Origin: Candidatus Ozemobacteraceae bacterium | Lineage (GTDB): Bacteria > Muiribacteriota > Ozemobacteria > Ozemobacterales > Ozemobacteraceae | Direction: 5' to 3' | Assembly (NCBI GenBank): GCA_965140445.1 | Contig: OZ223236.1 | Coordinates: forward strand, 256,001-320,000 | DNA length: 64,000 bases | Shown here: positions 9,192 to 19,173 of the stretch, piece by piece | Layout: every line of letters starts with the position of its first letter | Position numbering within the stretch: position 1 is the stretch's first letter | The notes under the pieces: generated by a model | Seen by the model: only the letters and a program-made list of their open reading frames with translations | Told to the model about the DNA's origin: nothing | The model's database searches: none | Position numbers and translations under genes: made by a program

Positions 9192-10874
9192 TTATTTGCT
9201 GTCTTTATAAATCTGGGCAAACAATTCTACTTCACCATCGATTTCAGGGAAAATAGTTAGGCGGTAGCGCGCTCCAAGAGGCGATAAAAAGTTAAAAGTT
9301 TTTCCAGGAGTTAAACTAATTTTCTTTAAGAGCTTTTGGTTTCCACCGTTCCTAAAGCTTTGCTCCAGAAACACAGAAAGCTCAAGCTCCGATACTTTCA
9401 ATTTTTGTTTTTTACCGGGTCGCCAACTTAAGGTCAGGCTCTCTGCTTTGCGCAAAGGAACAATAAAGCTATTTTCAGGAAAGCTTGATTTAGATAATAA
9501 AGTCCAGGTAGAAAATGGCAAAACTGGTGCTTTTACAGAATCATTTATCAAGCCACTTCGATTTTTAAGAGTTTGCTTTAAAGGACGGTGATTGGAGCAC
9601 TCATACCTTCGCTTAATTATTTCGACATGTATAAAGGCAAGGGCTAGTGATCCCAGCATTAATGCAGTAAGCGTTTCCAAGCCTCGAAGACTTTCTTTCA
9701 GGTAAACGCTTTGCCCTTTTGCAAAAGACATTCCAACCTGTTTTGCCTCTTTATGGTTTGCCGACAACCAGTTTGGCGGGATATGCAAAAGATTATCTGT
9801 AGAACAATAAATGCATGTAATGGCAACAGCATTATCATCAGCAGAAAGAGGCGCGCCACATTGCCGACAAATATGAGGTGAGCCTGGTTTTATTGGTGGC
9901 AATGCGGTTAAGGATGCTCGAATCATTCCCATAGTGAACACTCGGCGACGAACCCGGTAAATCATGCTGAAAAGCAGCGAAAGAAAAAATGCAAATGGAA
10001 GAAAAGTTAAAAGAACCTGTTGCGGCATAGAAAGCGCATCCAGTAGGTTTTCACCGCGAAATTGTTCAAAATAATAATTAACCATTGAGCAAAAAGGGTT
10101 ATGAGGCCCCATTGTTGCAGGGCCTAACAAAAAAAGAATTACAATAAATATGGTCAAATAAGATTCAGGAATCTGTGCCACATGGCTTCCCAGAGCTGAT
10201 GGCGCTTTTCCCAATTCTGCCGCAAATTTCTTAACATCCTCTTTTCGCTTCTGAAAAGTTTTTCTTACAGCAATCGCCTCAAGATACTCATTAGGAATAT
10301 TCACAACGGTTCCACAGTATAAACATTTTACCGTTGGAGCAGCTCTTAGTGCTACAATTCCACGGCACTTATCACAGAGTAATGGTTTAATTGTGCCTTT
10401 CTTGCAGAAATCAATTGATTTAGCTGGAGCTGAATTTGTTTTCAGGTTTTGGCCTGAAACATTATTCTCAGAGATTGTTTGATCGACATTCCCAACAGCA
10501 ACTTCTGTTTTGGCATTTAAACCATTTTTATCATCTATTAATTGCTCGGAGGTTTCTGACTGAATTTGCAAAAGCTTACGAAACTGATCAAGAGTCTGTT
10601 GCTCCACCGAATCAAGAAAATCGTCTTTTAAAAAGTAGGTTAAAACTATTCGATAAACTTCTTCGGGCGGAAGTGGTTTTTCTTTTTCTGGTAATTTAGC
10701 ACGATATTCTTTAATGGCATGATTTGCCAGATCATTTGCCTTCTCAACCGAAAGATTTAGTGCTGGGGCCAATATTTTTAAAATCCCAAACTCTTCGGGA
10801 GCAATTACACCATCGCTACAAACGTATCGAGCAACAATTGTAAAAACAGACTGTCCTGATAGCTCCTTAGCCAT
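9192..10874 (-). CDS. Hypothetical membrane protein with a TerB-like N-terminus and two zinc ribbons
   Basis: SDGVIAPEE and DDFLDSVE TerB-like motifs; CxxC..CxxC twice; three hydrophobic segments; GGGAGG RBS. Confidence 0.55.
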   Translation of the reverse strand: MAKELSGQSVFTIVARYVCSDGVIAPEEFGILKILAPALNLSVEKANDLANHAIKEYRAKLPEKEKPLPPEEVYRIVLTYFLKDDFLDSVEQQTLDQFRKLLQIQSETSEQLIDDKNGLNAKTEVAVGNVDQTISENNVSGQNLKTNSAPAKSIDFCKKGTIKPLLCDKCRGIVALRAAPTVKCLYCGTVVNIPNEYLEAIAVRKTFQKRKEDVKKFAAELGKAPSALGSHVAQIPESYLTIFIVILFLLGPATMGPHNPFCSMVNYYFEQFRGENLLDALSMPQQVLLTFLPFAFFLSLLFSMIYRVRRRVFTMGMIRASLTALPPIKPGSPHICRQCGAPLSADDNAVAITCIYCSTDNLLHIPPNWLSANHKEAKQVGMSFAKGQSVYLKESLRGLETLTALMLGSLALAFIHVEIIKRRYECSNHRPLKQTLKNRSGLINDSVKAPVLPFSTWTLLSKSSFPENSFIVPLRKAESLTLSWRPGKKQKLKVSELELSVFLEQSFRNGGNQKLLKKISLTPGKTFNFLSPLGARYRLTIFPEIDGEVELFAQIYKDSK

Positions 10875-10982
10875 ATATCCCTCCCAAAAAGCTATCAAAA
10901 ACCAATTTATCTAAGTGATAGATAAATCAGACCAGTTTTTTTAATACAAAACTATTTTTTTGTTTCTATCAGACCGATCAAG

Positions 10983-12755
10983 TTATCGATGATTGATTTT
11001 AAACTGCACCCGCTGTTCAATTTCGTCAATAACTGGCCTGAGAGTCTTACTATTTAACTTTTTGCTTTCAATTTCTTTAAGCAATCTTCTTGTATTTGAG
11101 CAATTGTTAATAGAAACATCTCTTGCAATACTAAAACTAATTTTTGCCAACAAGCTATCTAGTTGAGCATAATACGCCTGCGAATCGGCTTCGATTAAAT
11201 CAGAATTTTCATCAATTTTGCTTTGATAATCGCGGCAAAGCATTACAAGATCTTCAGCGACTCTAGCTTCTGCAACTACTGGAGTGCCTGATGTTGAAAC
11301 TTTAACCCGGTATTTCATCGGTAGAGCTTTGCAATACTGTAAATCATCAACTTCGGTTGGGAAGTATGCAAGCATCAAAACCAACGCACGATCAAAGCTT
11401 CCATCATTTTTAAATAGTATTTTTCCGCCTTGAGATTTTCGCTCCTTAAGAGGCGAAATTCTCATATACTCAATTTCATCGACTTTGTTTCCTGAAGAAT
11501 CACTTTTAACAAGCGCTACGGTAAACTCATTTTCATAGTAGTAGGCAAAAGTTCCCATGAAACCTGAAAATGAAACCTCTACTTCTTCAGCTGCATTGCT
11601 AAGATCTATTTCAATAGCCTCACCACTCCACAGACGAACTCCACCTTCTACTTCAGCAGGAAATGAGTTTACAAAATGAGTTGGTGGTAATTTAAAGTCG
11701 GCAAGGGAATCATCATATGAATACTCTCCCTCTTTACCAGACTTTTTGTTATTTAAGTAATTAGCGAATATAAAGCTGCTGAAAGTGCTGGTAAATCTTT
11801 TATCAATTGTTTTTAGTGCTTCTGTAACACCTGCAATACCTTGTTTCTGGTTTGCGACCAAACCTCTAAAAAAGTCAGTAGCTTTAGATTCAGTGTTCAA
11901 AAAATGGCTTAAAAGATAATAATTCCAGAGATAAACTTGCCCATAGTTTGCCAGCATCTGGTCTGAAGCCCAAGCTGTTAGACCGTTATCAGGAAACTTT
12001 TTGTAAGCACTAATTTGCCTGGCATGACCAAATCCACAAAAATAAGGAGCGATTTGAGAACAAGATTCATTTACCCAGGTGTACTCTTCTTTGTCCTGAT
12101 TAAAATGGATCATATGTTGAAATTCATGGGCAACAATTGCCATGTAACTATCACTGTCTGGTTTAGCTGGATTCAAATCCAAATAAAACATTTCTCTCTC
12201 ATTAGATTTCATTCCAAAACTAGATGAAATTTCAGACTGCAGATACTCATCACCTGGAAAAAAGTAACCGGCGACATATCCACCACTGCCATTATATCCA
12301 TCTTTTATATCCAACATTAAAAGCGTAATGCGTTCATCACCATCAACACCTGGTTTAAATTCAGAGCCAAAATGGGAAGTAACAGTGCCATAAATATTTT
12401 CATCAAAAGTCTTTTTGATTTTCTCTGTTGTCGCACCTGGAAGATCTTGCCCTTGTTCAACATAAACATAACAATGTTTTCCAATTGCCTTTAAGATAGC
12501 CGGAGTTCGCTCAAAAACATTCTTCTCAATGTTTTTTGTCCAGAAAGTTTCCACATCTCCAACCTTTGGAGCTCGTGCATTTCTTCTAATTTCTTGAGAA
12601 TTTCTATTAATGAGCCGAGAGGACTTTGTCAGCTGCCTGACTTCTTTATCAAAAAAGTGGGTACCGTCTATCCATAAATCCTCTTTTGCAGCAAATCCTG
12701 TCTGAGTAATAGTAAGGCCTAGAAAAGCGGCAATCAAAAGAAGTTTGTTTTTCAC
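10983..12755 (-). CDS. Secreted zinc metallopeptidase (M30/hyicolysin-like, HEXXH)
   Basis: Signal peptide; AHEFQHMIH and WVNE; VDGDERITLL..DI and GYVAGYF motifs; GTG start. Confidence 0.8.
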   Translation of the reverse strand: MKNKLLLIAAFLGLTITQTGFAAKEDLWIDGTHFFDKEVRQLTKSSRLINRNSQEIRRNARAPKVGDVETFWTKNIEKNVFERTPAILKAIGKHCYVYVEQGQDLPGATTEKIKKTFDENIYGTVTSHFGSEFKPGVDGDERITLLMLDIKDGYNGSGGYVAGYFFPGDEYLQSEISSSFGMKSNEREMFYLDLNPAKPDSDSYMAIVAHEFQHMIHFNQDKEEYTWVNESCSQIAPYFCGFGHARQISAYKKFPDNGLTAWASDQMLANYGQVYLWNYYLLSHFLNTESKATDFFRGLVANQKQGIAGVTEALKTIDKRFTSTFSSFIFANYLNNKKSGKEGEYSYDDSLADFKLPPTHFVNSFPAEVEGGVRLWSGEAIEIDLSNAAEEVEVSFSGFMGTFAYYYENEFTVALVKSDSSGNKVDEIEYMRISPLKERKSQGGKILFKNDGSFDRALVLMLAYFPTEVDDLQYCKALPMKYRVKVSTSGTPVVAEARVAEDLVMLCRDYQSKIDENSDLIEADSQAYYAQLDSLLAKISFSIARDVSINNCSNTRRLLKEIESKKLNSKTLRPVIDEIEQRVQFKINHR

Positions 12756-12984
12756 AATATGGCTCCGTAATTAGGTTGGTTTATAATTATAACAAATTTT
12801 TTGATTCTTAGGCTCTGAATTTAATTACCTTCAAACCTCAGCAGAATTCGTTTACTTGTTATTATTTTTTATAGGAGTATATTTATATTAGAGATGATTG
12901 AGAGGTCCACGCCATAATACATATACCAATATTGGTAAAAGCCAAAGCTCAGTAATTCTGACCTCAATTTTTGGGAGGAAGAAT

Positions 12985-14172
12985 ATGGAAAAGAGCACCG
13001 TTTTTCTCACAGACCTTCACATTGGAACTAATCACGAAACTAACTGGTATCAAAAGGGATTTCATCAGCCAATTTTAAAAACAATCCTTTTATATCTGGT
13101 TAAAAATGGCCAACAAATTGATGACGTGGTTATCCTTGGAGACTGGTTTGAGCAGTGGAATTTTCCACCGCATAAAACAATCCCCAACCTTGAAACCATT
13201 TTTTCAATGAACTCTGAGATTTTTACGAAAACGAATGACGGTAGCGACTTTATTACTCTAATGGAATCCATTCGAGGTAATTTGCGCTTTGTAAATGGCG
13301 ATCACGATATGCTTGTTGAGTTGAAAGATATCAATAACTATTTTTCAGCAATATGCGATAAAAAAGTGTTACCAGGCCACGGCAGTGACCTGGAAAAACC
13401 AGCGATCTCTAATACTTATTACTTAAACGATGCTGTTTGGGGAGAACATGGTCATCAATATGATCTTTTTCATCGACCTTCGAGCAGTCCATATAACAGT
13501 TGCGCTCCACTTCCACTTGGTTATTTTGTTAGCCGTTTATATTGCCATTTTCTGGAAAAGAAAATTTCAAGCATGCATCGCCATGATGCATCATGTATAG
13601 CTGATTGTTCTAACTCAGAGTTATCAAACTCCGGGTTAAAATTTTCAAAATTTGTTGAAGGGCTTATAGAACAAATACAATCAGGAAAACCTATTGATGC
13701 TGCACAAATAATAATCGATCAATTAATGCAGTTTAACAGAAACTTTCACATGAACTTTAATTTAAAGCATGAAGGGTTTGGAGAGATTGATTCAACAGAT
13801 GTTTCCAATCTTTATAAAGAGCTTGTTACCGTAAGAAATTTTGGCGAAGCAATTTCATCAGCCGAGGTTTCCTATTCTGGATTAGGAAATTTTGCTAAGA
13901 AGCATTTTTGCAAAAATCCAAAATGTAAGGTTGTAGTTATGGGACACACTCATAAATCTGAAATGGAAATTTGTGGTTCTGGAAGAAAGCACCTATATGC
14001 AAACGCTGGTTTTACTTGTCCTTCAAAGCCAGATATTACTGCAGGAAATCACAGAGCTTCATTTATTCTGATTAATGAACATGATGAATTAGGCCTTGAT
14101 GTATCATTAAAAGTCGTAACTAATGACTCAAACCCAGAAGTTGTAAATGCCCAAACTATCCTTGTTGAATAA
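12985..14172 (+). CDS. Calcineurin-like metallophosphoesterase
   Basis: DLH, LGDWFE, GDHD, EHGH and GHTH motifs; GGGAGG RBS before ATG 12985. Confidence 0.8.
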   Translation: MEKSTVFLTDLHIGTNHETNWYQKGFHQPILKTILLYLVKNGQQIDDVVILGDWFEQWNFPPHKTIPNLETIFSMNSEIFTKTNDGSDFITLMESIRGNLRFVNGDHDMLVELKDINNYFSAICDKKVLPGHGSDLEKPAISNTYYLNDAVWGEHGHQYDLFHRPSSSPYNSCAPLPLGYFVSRLYCHFLEKKISSMHRHDASCIADCSNSELSNSGLKFSKFVEGLIEQIQSGKPIDAAQIIIDQLMQFNRNFHMNFNLKHEGFGEIDSTDVSNLYKELVTVRNFGEAISSAEVSYSGLGNFAKKHFCKNPKCKVVVMGHTHKSEMEICGSGRKHLYANAGFTCPSKPDITAGNHRASFILINEHDELGLDVSLKVVTNDSNPEVVNAQTILVE

Positions 14173-14193
14173 AAGTAGCAAAGTTCTAAATAT

Positions 14194-14226
14194 AAAAAAC
14201 CCCGAGCCATACGGCTCGGGGTTTTA
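14194..14226. terminator. Bidirectional terminator closing the rplJL transcript
   Basis: AAAACCCCGAGCC-ATAC-GGCTCGGGGTTTT between convergent genes. Confidence 0.85.
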
Positions 14227-14244
14227 TTATCGATTGCTGAAAAA

Positions 14245-14610
14245 TTACTTAAGAGTAACTTTTGCTCCAGCTTCTTCGAGTTTTTTCTTCATCATTTCTG
14301 AATCGTCTTTTGTGAGACCTTCTTTTACAGCCTTAGGAGCTGCATCAACGAGGTCTTTAGCTTCTTTGAGGCCCATGCCTGTAAGTTCGCGAACAACTTT
14401 AATAACGTTAATTTTGTTAGCGCCGAAGCTTTCAAGAATTACGTCGAATTCGTCTTTTTCTGCAGCAGCGGCAGCTGGAGCAGCAGCAACAGCAACAGCA
14501 GCTGGAGCAGCGGCTGATACGTCAAATTTTTCTTCCATAGCTTTTACAAGCTCAGAAAGGTCAAGTACTGTCATTTTTTCAATAGCTTCAAGAATCTGAT
14601 CTTTATTCAT
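14245..14610 (-). CDS. rplL: 50S ribosomal protein L7/L12
   Basis: Ala-rich hinge, [26 protein letters not shown]. Confidence 0.99.
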   Translation of the reverse strand: MNKDQILEAIEKMTVLDLSELVKAMEEKFDVSAAAPAAVAVAAAPAAAAAEKDEFDVILESFGANKINVIKVVRELTGMGLKEAKDLVDAAPKAVKEGLTKDDSEMMKKKLEEAGAKVTLK

Positions 14611-14678
14611 TACAAAACTCCTATAAACTTTTTAAAGTAATCATTTTTGGGAGAAAACAAATTTCTCCGGTAATATTT

Positions 14679-15209
14679 CTAAGCGGCTTCTTTTTCCTTC
14701 TTTTCGCGAACTGCTTCAAGAGCATATACGAATTTGCGGATTGGGCCCTGACATACAGAAACAAAATTGCGGATTGGACCCTGGAATACGGATGCAACCA
14801 TGCCAAGAAGTTCTTTTCTGCCTGGGATTCTAGAAAGAGCGTCAATACCAGCGGCATCAAGCACTTTTCCTTCAAGTAAGCCAGCTTTGAATTTGAATTT
14901 TTTGGATTTACCAGCGAATTCTACAAGAGCTTTCACTGGAGAAACGGGATCTTCATAACCAAAAGTTACTGCAGTAGCCCCTTTCATATGTCCTTCGAGT
15001 TCATTTAAATCGAGATTTCTCAGAGCTCTGACGATAAGACTGTTTTTTACAACTCTCATTTCTGAGCCAGTTTCACGAATGCTTTTGCGAAGCTGAGTCA
15101 TATCAGCAACGTTAACGCCTTCACAGTTAGCCAAAACAACTACAGCAGATTTCTCAATCTTTTCCTGGAATTCTTTTACATAAGCTTCTTTGTGGGAAAT
15201 ATCTTTCAA
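14679..15209 (-). CDS. rplJ: 50S ribosomal protein L10
   Basis: VVKNSL and GATAV motifs. The start is likely TTG at 15209 after AAGGAGGT, not the upstream ORF-track start. Confidence 0.97.
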   Translation of the reverse strand: MKDISHKEAYVKEFQEKIEKSAVVVLANCEGVNVADMTQLRKSIRETGSEMRVVKNSLIVRALRNLDLNELEGHMKGATAVTFGYEDPVSPVKALVEFAGKSKKFKFKAGLLEGKVLDAAGIDALSRIPGRKELLGMVASVFQGPIRNFVSVCQGPIRKFVYALEAVREKKEKEAA

Positions 15210-15233
15210 ACTTTTCACCTCCTTGTTAAGGAT

Positions 15234-15353
15234 AAAAAAACCGTTTCCAGTGCCAACACCGGAAACGGTCAGATATAACATATCTATTTCGTTATCCAGT
15301 CTCGGCAGGGAGGCTTTTCAGCCAATTATCGACGACCTGCAGTCTTCGACCAG
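15234..15353 (-). ncRNA. L10 leader (autoregulatory RNA) with attenuator terminator
   Basis: Minus strand reads CGAAGACTGCAGG...TAA...CCTGCCGAG, matching the L10-leader core, followed by the hairpin CCGTTTCCGGTG/CACTGGAAACGG and T7 before the rplJ RBS. Confidence 0.8.
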
Positions 15354-15370
15354 TTTTAATCAATTTTTAA

Positions 15371-16087
15371 TTAAATAGAAACCTTTTCAGCTTCGAGTCT
15401 GGCTTCGTTGGTATCAACAGTATAACCAGGTCCCATAGATGAACTAACTGTAGCGGACTTAATGTAAGTACCTTTGGCTCCAGCTGGTTTAGCTTTAATG
15501 ATAGCTTGAAAGAAGGCCAGGAAGTTTTCTTTTAACTTTTTAGCGTCAAAAGAAGCTTTTCCTACTGCTGAATGGATGATACCAGCTTTCTCAACGCGGT
15601 ATTGAACTTTACCAGCTTTGAGTTCTGTTACTACTTTGGCTACGTCCTGAGTTACTGTTCCAACTTTTGGGTTAGGCATCAGGTTGCGTGGACCAAGAAT
15701 ACGACCGAGTTTTCCTACGAATCTCATCATATCCGGTGTAGCAACGGCGGCGTCAAAATCCAGCCAGCCTCCTTCGATCTTGGTCACCAAATCTTCGGCG
15801 CCTACGAAGTCTGCTCCAGCAGATTTAGCTTCTTCTGCTTTCTCACCAGCGGCAAATACGGCTACGCGAATAGTCTTACCTGTTCCGTGAGGGAGAACAC
15901 AGCTACCTCTAAGCTGCTGATCTGCATACTTAGGGTCAAGTCCAGTTCTGATTGCGATATCAACTGATTCGTCAAATTTCGCAGTTGCAGTTTTCTTTAC
16001 TTGTTCAAAAACTTCATCAATTGTATAAACTTTCATTTCTTCAAGTTCTTTAGTAATTGTATTAAATCTTTTAGAGTGTTTCGGCAT
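15371..16087 (-). CDS. rplA: 50S ribosomal protein L1
   Basis: [34 protein letters not shown]. Confidence 0.99.
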   Translation of the reverse strand: MPKHSKRFNTITKELEEMKVYTIDEVFEQVKKTATAKFDESVDIAIRTGLDPKYADQQLRGSCVLPHGTGKTIRVAVFAAGEKAEEAKSAGADFVGAEDLVTKIEGGWLDFDAAVATPDMMRFVGKLGRILGPRNLMPNPKVGTVTQDVAKVVTELKAGKVQYRVEKAGIIHSAVGKASFDAKKLKENFLAFFQAIIKAKPAGAKGTYIKSATVSSSMGPGYTVDTNEARLEAEKVSI

Positions 16088-16137
16088 TTTTGCTTTCCTC
16101 CTTTCTTAAAGGATAATAGCCTTGCGGCTAAGTTAAA

Positions 16138-16563
16138 CTAATCTACAACTTCCATTCCCATGCTGCGTGCAGTGCCTTTTACAACACTGATTGCGGCTGT
16201 GAGATCGGCTGCCGTAAGATCAGGCATTTTCTTTTCAGCGATTTCTTGCACTTGAGCCATGGTAACTGAACCAAGCTTACTGCGGCCTGGGGTCTGACAA
16301 CCTTTAGCAATTCCAGCAGCTTTCTTGAGCAAGAACGAAACAGGCGGTGTTTTTGTGATGAAAGAATAAGATCTATCAGCATAAATAGTAATTTCTACTG
16401 GTATGATCGAATCGCCTTCTTTTGCCGTCTTGTAATTGAAGTTCTTACAGAAGTCCATGATGTTAACACCATGCTGACCAAGAGCAGGGCCAACTGGAGG
16501 AGCCGGGTTTGCTTTACCGGCTGGTATTTGCAATTTAACGAGACCAACTACTTTCTTAGCCAT
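16138..16563 (-). CDS. rplK: 50S ribosomal protein L11
   Basis: [29 protein letters not shown]. Confidence 0.99.
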   Translation of the reverse strand: MAKKVVGLVKLQIPAGKANPAPPVGPALGQHGVNIMDFCKNFNYKTAKEGDSIIPVEITIYADRSYSFITKTPPVSFLLKKAAGIAKGCQTPGRSKLGSVTMAQVQEIAEKKMPDLTAADLTAAISVVKGTARSMGMEVVD

Positions 16564-16603
16564 TTCTTATAACTCCTTATGAGAATAAACAAATTCTGTC
16601 TAA

Positions 16604-17149
16604 TCAGGCTTCTTCCAGTTGAATTAGATCAACTTCTATAGCCGTATCACGACCAAAGATGAAAACAAGCACTTTTGCTTTGCGTTTTTCCTGATTAATA
16701 TCTTTGATTACACCGATAAAATCGGTAAATGGACCATCAATAATCTTAACGGTCTGACCTTCAGTGAAACCAATTGGGGTCATAGCAGCAGAACGTTGTG
16801 GGCCGATTCCGGCAACACGAAGAACATTCTGCACTTCTTTTTCGTGAAGTGGAGTAGGCTTACTACCAAGGCCGACAAAACCAGTAACGCCTGGGGTGTT
16901 TTTTACAACAGTCCAAGTATCGTCGTCCAAGTCCATCTGGACAAGAACATAACCGGGATATATCTTGCGGGTCTGGGTTACGCGCTCACCATCCTGGACT
17001 CTTTCGGCGCTTTCTTCAGGAACTAATACCTGAAAAATGCAATCCTTTTTGCCCAGCAACTCAACACGGTGATCAAGGTTTTTCTTAACCTTGTATTCAG
17101 AACCGGAATTGGTATGAATTACATACCATTTTGCTTTTAAGATATCCAC
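16604..17149 (-). CDS. nusG: Transcription termination/antitermination factor NusG
   Basis: WYVIHT.SG.E, YPGYVLV, TPGVTGFVG, KOW motif DGPFTDF, IFGRDT; GTG start. Confidence 0.98.
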   Translation of the reverse strand: MDILKAKWYVIHTNSGSEYKVKKNLDHRVELLGKKDCIFQVLVPEESAERVQDGERVTQTRKIYPGYVLVQMDLDDDTWTVVKNTPGVTGFVGLGSKPTPLHEKEVQNVLRVAGIGPQRSAAMTPIGFTEGQTVKIIDGPFTDFIGVIKDINQEKRKAKVLVFIFGRDTAIEVDLIQLEEA

Positions 17150-17158
17150 AGCTTATTC

Positions 17159-17386
17159 CTATACCATTCCGCCACCAACGATAATTTTCAGAAGTTTTCC
17201 AAAAATAACGTCGAGTACTCCAATAAAAACTCCCAGACCAACGGAAGACACAACAACAACTTTAGTTGAAAGCTTCACATTTTCGAAAGTAGGCCAGGAA
17301 ACCCTGCCATTTTTCGGTCTGACTTCAATCCACACTTCTCTTAAAAAGCGCGCTGTATCATTCCACCATGATGCAATTTTACTCAT
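17159..17386 (-). CDS. secE: Preprotein translocase subunit SecE
   Basis: FLREVWIE..RVSWPT plus one TM helix; position upstream of nusG. Confidence 0.93.
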   Translation of the reverse strand: MSKIASWWNDTARFLREVWIEVRPKNGRVSWPTFENVKLSTKVVVVSSVGLGVFIGVLDVIFGKLLKIIVGGGMV

Positions 17387-17421
17387 TATGACCCTCTTCT
17401 TCCTGTGGGGTAATCATTCAA

Positions 17422-17494
17422 CAGGCCAAGAGGGAGTCGAACCCCCAACCCCCGGTTTTGGAGACCGGTGCTCTGCCAATTGAGCTATTAGCCT
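17422..17494 (-). tRNA. trnW: tRNA-Trp(CCA); 3' CCA not encoded
   Basis: Cloverleaf: AGGCTAA/TTGGCCT acceptor, CCGGT-CTCCAAA-ACCGG anticodon arm, GGTTCGA T-loop. Confidence 0.97.
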
Positions 17495-17512
17495 ATGTCT
17501 GCTAACAGACCC

Positions 17513-17662
17513 TTACTTGCCTTCTTTATGAAGAGTATGCATACGTTCAGTATTGCAATACTTCTTCAACTGAATGCGATCTGGATCGTTACGCTTATTT
17601 TTCATAGACATGTAGTTTTTTCTCTTGCAGCTAGTGCAAATCAAAGTAATTTTCTCACGCAT
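17513..17662 (-). CDS. rpmG: 50S ribosomal protein L33 (49 aa; absent from the ORF track)
   Basis: Translates to [56 protein letters not shown]; canonical position. Confidence 0.97.
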   Translation of the reverse strand: MREKITLICTSCKRKNYMSMKNKRNDPDRIQLKKYCNTERMHTLHKEGK

Positions 17663-17677
17663 AACGGTACCTCGCTT

Positions 17678-17737
17678 AAAAAAGCCGACTTGGTCGGCTT
17701 TTTTAGATTAATAAGGGGCGGGACTAACCCGCCCCTT
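17678..17737 (-). terminator. Tandem hairpins/terminator downstream of tuf
   Basis: AAGGGGCGGG/CCCGCCCCTT hairpin, then AAAAAAGCCGAC/GTCGGCTTTTTT hairpin with a T-tail. Confidence 0.75.
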
Positions 17738-17751
17738 GAGAAAGTTGCTAA

Positions 17752-18942
17752 TTATTCAACGATCTTAGTAACAACACCAGCGCCTACTGTGCGGCCGCCT
17801 TCACGAATTGCGAAGCGAAGTCCTTCTTCACAGGCGATAGGAGTGATGAGTTCGCATTGGAATTCAGCGCGATCTCCAGGCATAACCATTTCCTTGCCTT
17901 CTCCAAGCTGAACAACACCAGTCACGTCAGTTGTTCTGAAGTAGAACTGTGGTCTGTAGCCAGAGAAGAATGGAGTATGACGTCCGCCTTCTTCTTTACT
18001 CAGAATATAAACCTGAGAATGGAAGTTTTTATGAGGAGTGATGCTACCTGGTTTGGCAAGAACCATTCCACGTTCTACATCATTTTTGTCGATACCACGA
18101 AGGAGGATACCACAGTTGTCGCCAGCCTGGCCCTGTTCGAGGAGCTTACGGAACATTTCAACACCAGTTACGGTTGTTTCGCGAGTGTCTCTGATACCAA
18201 CGATCTGAACTTTTTCACCAACTTTGATGATTCCACGTTCAACACGGCCAGTAACAACAGTTCCGCGGCCAGTGATTGTGAAAACGTCTTCGATCGGCAT
18301 CAAGAAAGGCTTATCAAGTGGTCTTTCTGGTTCAGGAATTGATTCGTCAAGAGCTGCCATGAGTTCAGCGATACAAGCTGTATCTGGGCCTTCTCCGCCA
18401 GCCTGAGTAGCTTTAAGAGCAGAACCACGGATAACTGGAACGTCATCGCCTGGGAATTCATATTTGCTGAGGAGTTCACGAACTTCCATGTCTACGAGAT
18501 CAAGGAGTTCAGGATCATCAACTTGGTCAGTTTTGTTAAGGAATACTACGATCGCTGGAACACCAACCTGACGAGCAAGAAGGATGTGTTCGCGAGTCTG
18601 TGGCATTGGACCATCAGTAGCGGCAACAACAAGAATAGCGCCGTCCATCTGAGCAGCACCAGTGATCATATTCTTGATATAATCGGCGTGGCCTGGACAA
18701 TCCACATGAGCGTAGTGACGGATTTCACTTTCATACTCAACGTGAGCAGTATTAATAGTAATACCGCGAGCTTTTTCTTCAGGAGCGGAGTCGATATCTT
18801 CATAATTCTTGATATCGCTGCCAAATTTTTTAGCCTGAGTCATTGTGATTGCAGCGGTAAGTGTAGTTTTACCATGATCGATGTGACCAATAGTTCCTAC
18901 GTTTACATGCGGTTTGGTTCTTACAAAAGTTTCTTTAGCCAT
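17752..18942 (-). CDS. tuf: Elongation factor Tu
   Basis: [41 protein letters not shown]. Confidence 0.99.
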   Translation of the reverse strand: MAKETFVRTKPHVNVGTIGHIDHGKTTLTAAITMTQAKKFGSDIKNYEDIDSAPEEKARGITINTAHVEYESEIRHYAHVDCPGHADYIKNMITGAAQMDGAILVVAATDGPMPQTREHILLARQVGVPAIVVFLNKTDQVDDPELLDLVDMEVRELLSKYEFPGDDVPVIRGSALKATQAGGEGPDTACIAELMAALDESIPEPERPLDKPFLMPIEDVFTITGRGTVVTGRVERGIIKVGEKVQIVGIRDTRETTVTGVEMFRKLLEQGQAGDNCGILLRGIDKNDVERGMVLAKPGSITPHKNFHSQVYILSKEEGGRHTPFFSGYRPQFYFRTTDVTGVVQLGEGKEMVMPGDRAEFQCELITPIACEEGLRFAIREGGRTVGAGVVTKIVE

Positions 18943-19002
18943 GTGGCGTGTCCTCCTGAAAAATTATAGGAAATCATTTTTCAATTTAAATTCACTAATA
19001 AA

Positions 19003-19075
19003 AGCCTGCGACCGGGATTGAACCGGTGACCTCTTGCTTACCATGCAAGTGCTCTACCGTCTGAGCTACACAGGC
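19003..19075 (-). tRNA. trnT: tRNA-Thr(GGT); CCA not encoded
   Basis: GCCTGTG/CGCAGGC acceptor; CTTGC-ATGGTAA-GCAAG anticodon arm. Confidence 0.97.
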
Positions 19076-19081
19076 AACCAA

Positions 19082-19164
19082 TGGAGAGTGGTGGATTCGA
19101 ACCACCGAAGGCGCTAGCCAACAGATTTACAGTCTGCCCCCTTTAGCCACTCGGGCAACTCTCC
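19082..19164 (-). tRNA. trnY: tRNA-Tyr(GTA); CCA not encoded
   Basis: GGAGAGT/ACTCTCC acceptor; GCAGA-CTGTAAA-TCTGT arm; long variable arm. Confidence 0.97.
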
Positions 19165-19173
19165 GTTTTAGCC

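Noticed and set aside
12930..12975. Possible c-di-GMP riboswitch upstream of the phosphoesterase (GGTAAAAGCCAAAGC)
   Set aside because: The two-stem architecture cannot be built; the resemblance is superficial.
14460..14516. GCA-rich tandem-like repeat
   Set aside because: Encodes the normal Ala-rich hinge of L7/L12.
14147..14599. 150-aa plus-strand ORF
   Set aside because: Antisense shadow of rplL, expected from the codon bias of highly expressed genes.
16117..16130. TAGCC-GCAA-GGCTA hairpin (minus strand) between rplK and rplA as an L1-binding site
   Set aside because: Only a short GNRA hairpin; the L1-site internal loop is not evident.
17495..18969. Plus-strand ORFs of 138, 161, 60 and 148 aa
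   Set aside because: Antisense to rpmG and tuf; no RBS or recognisable motifs.
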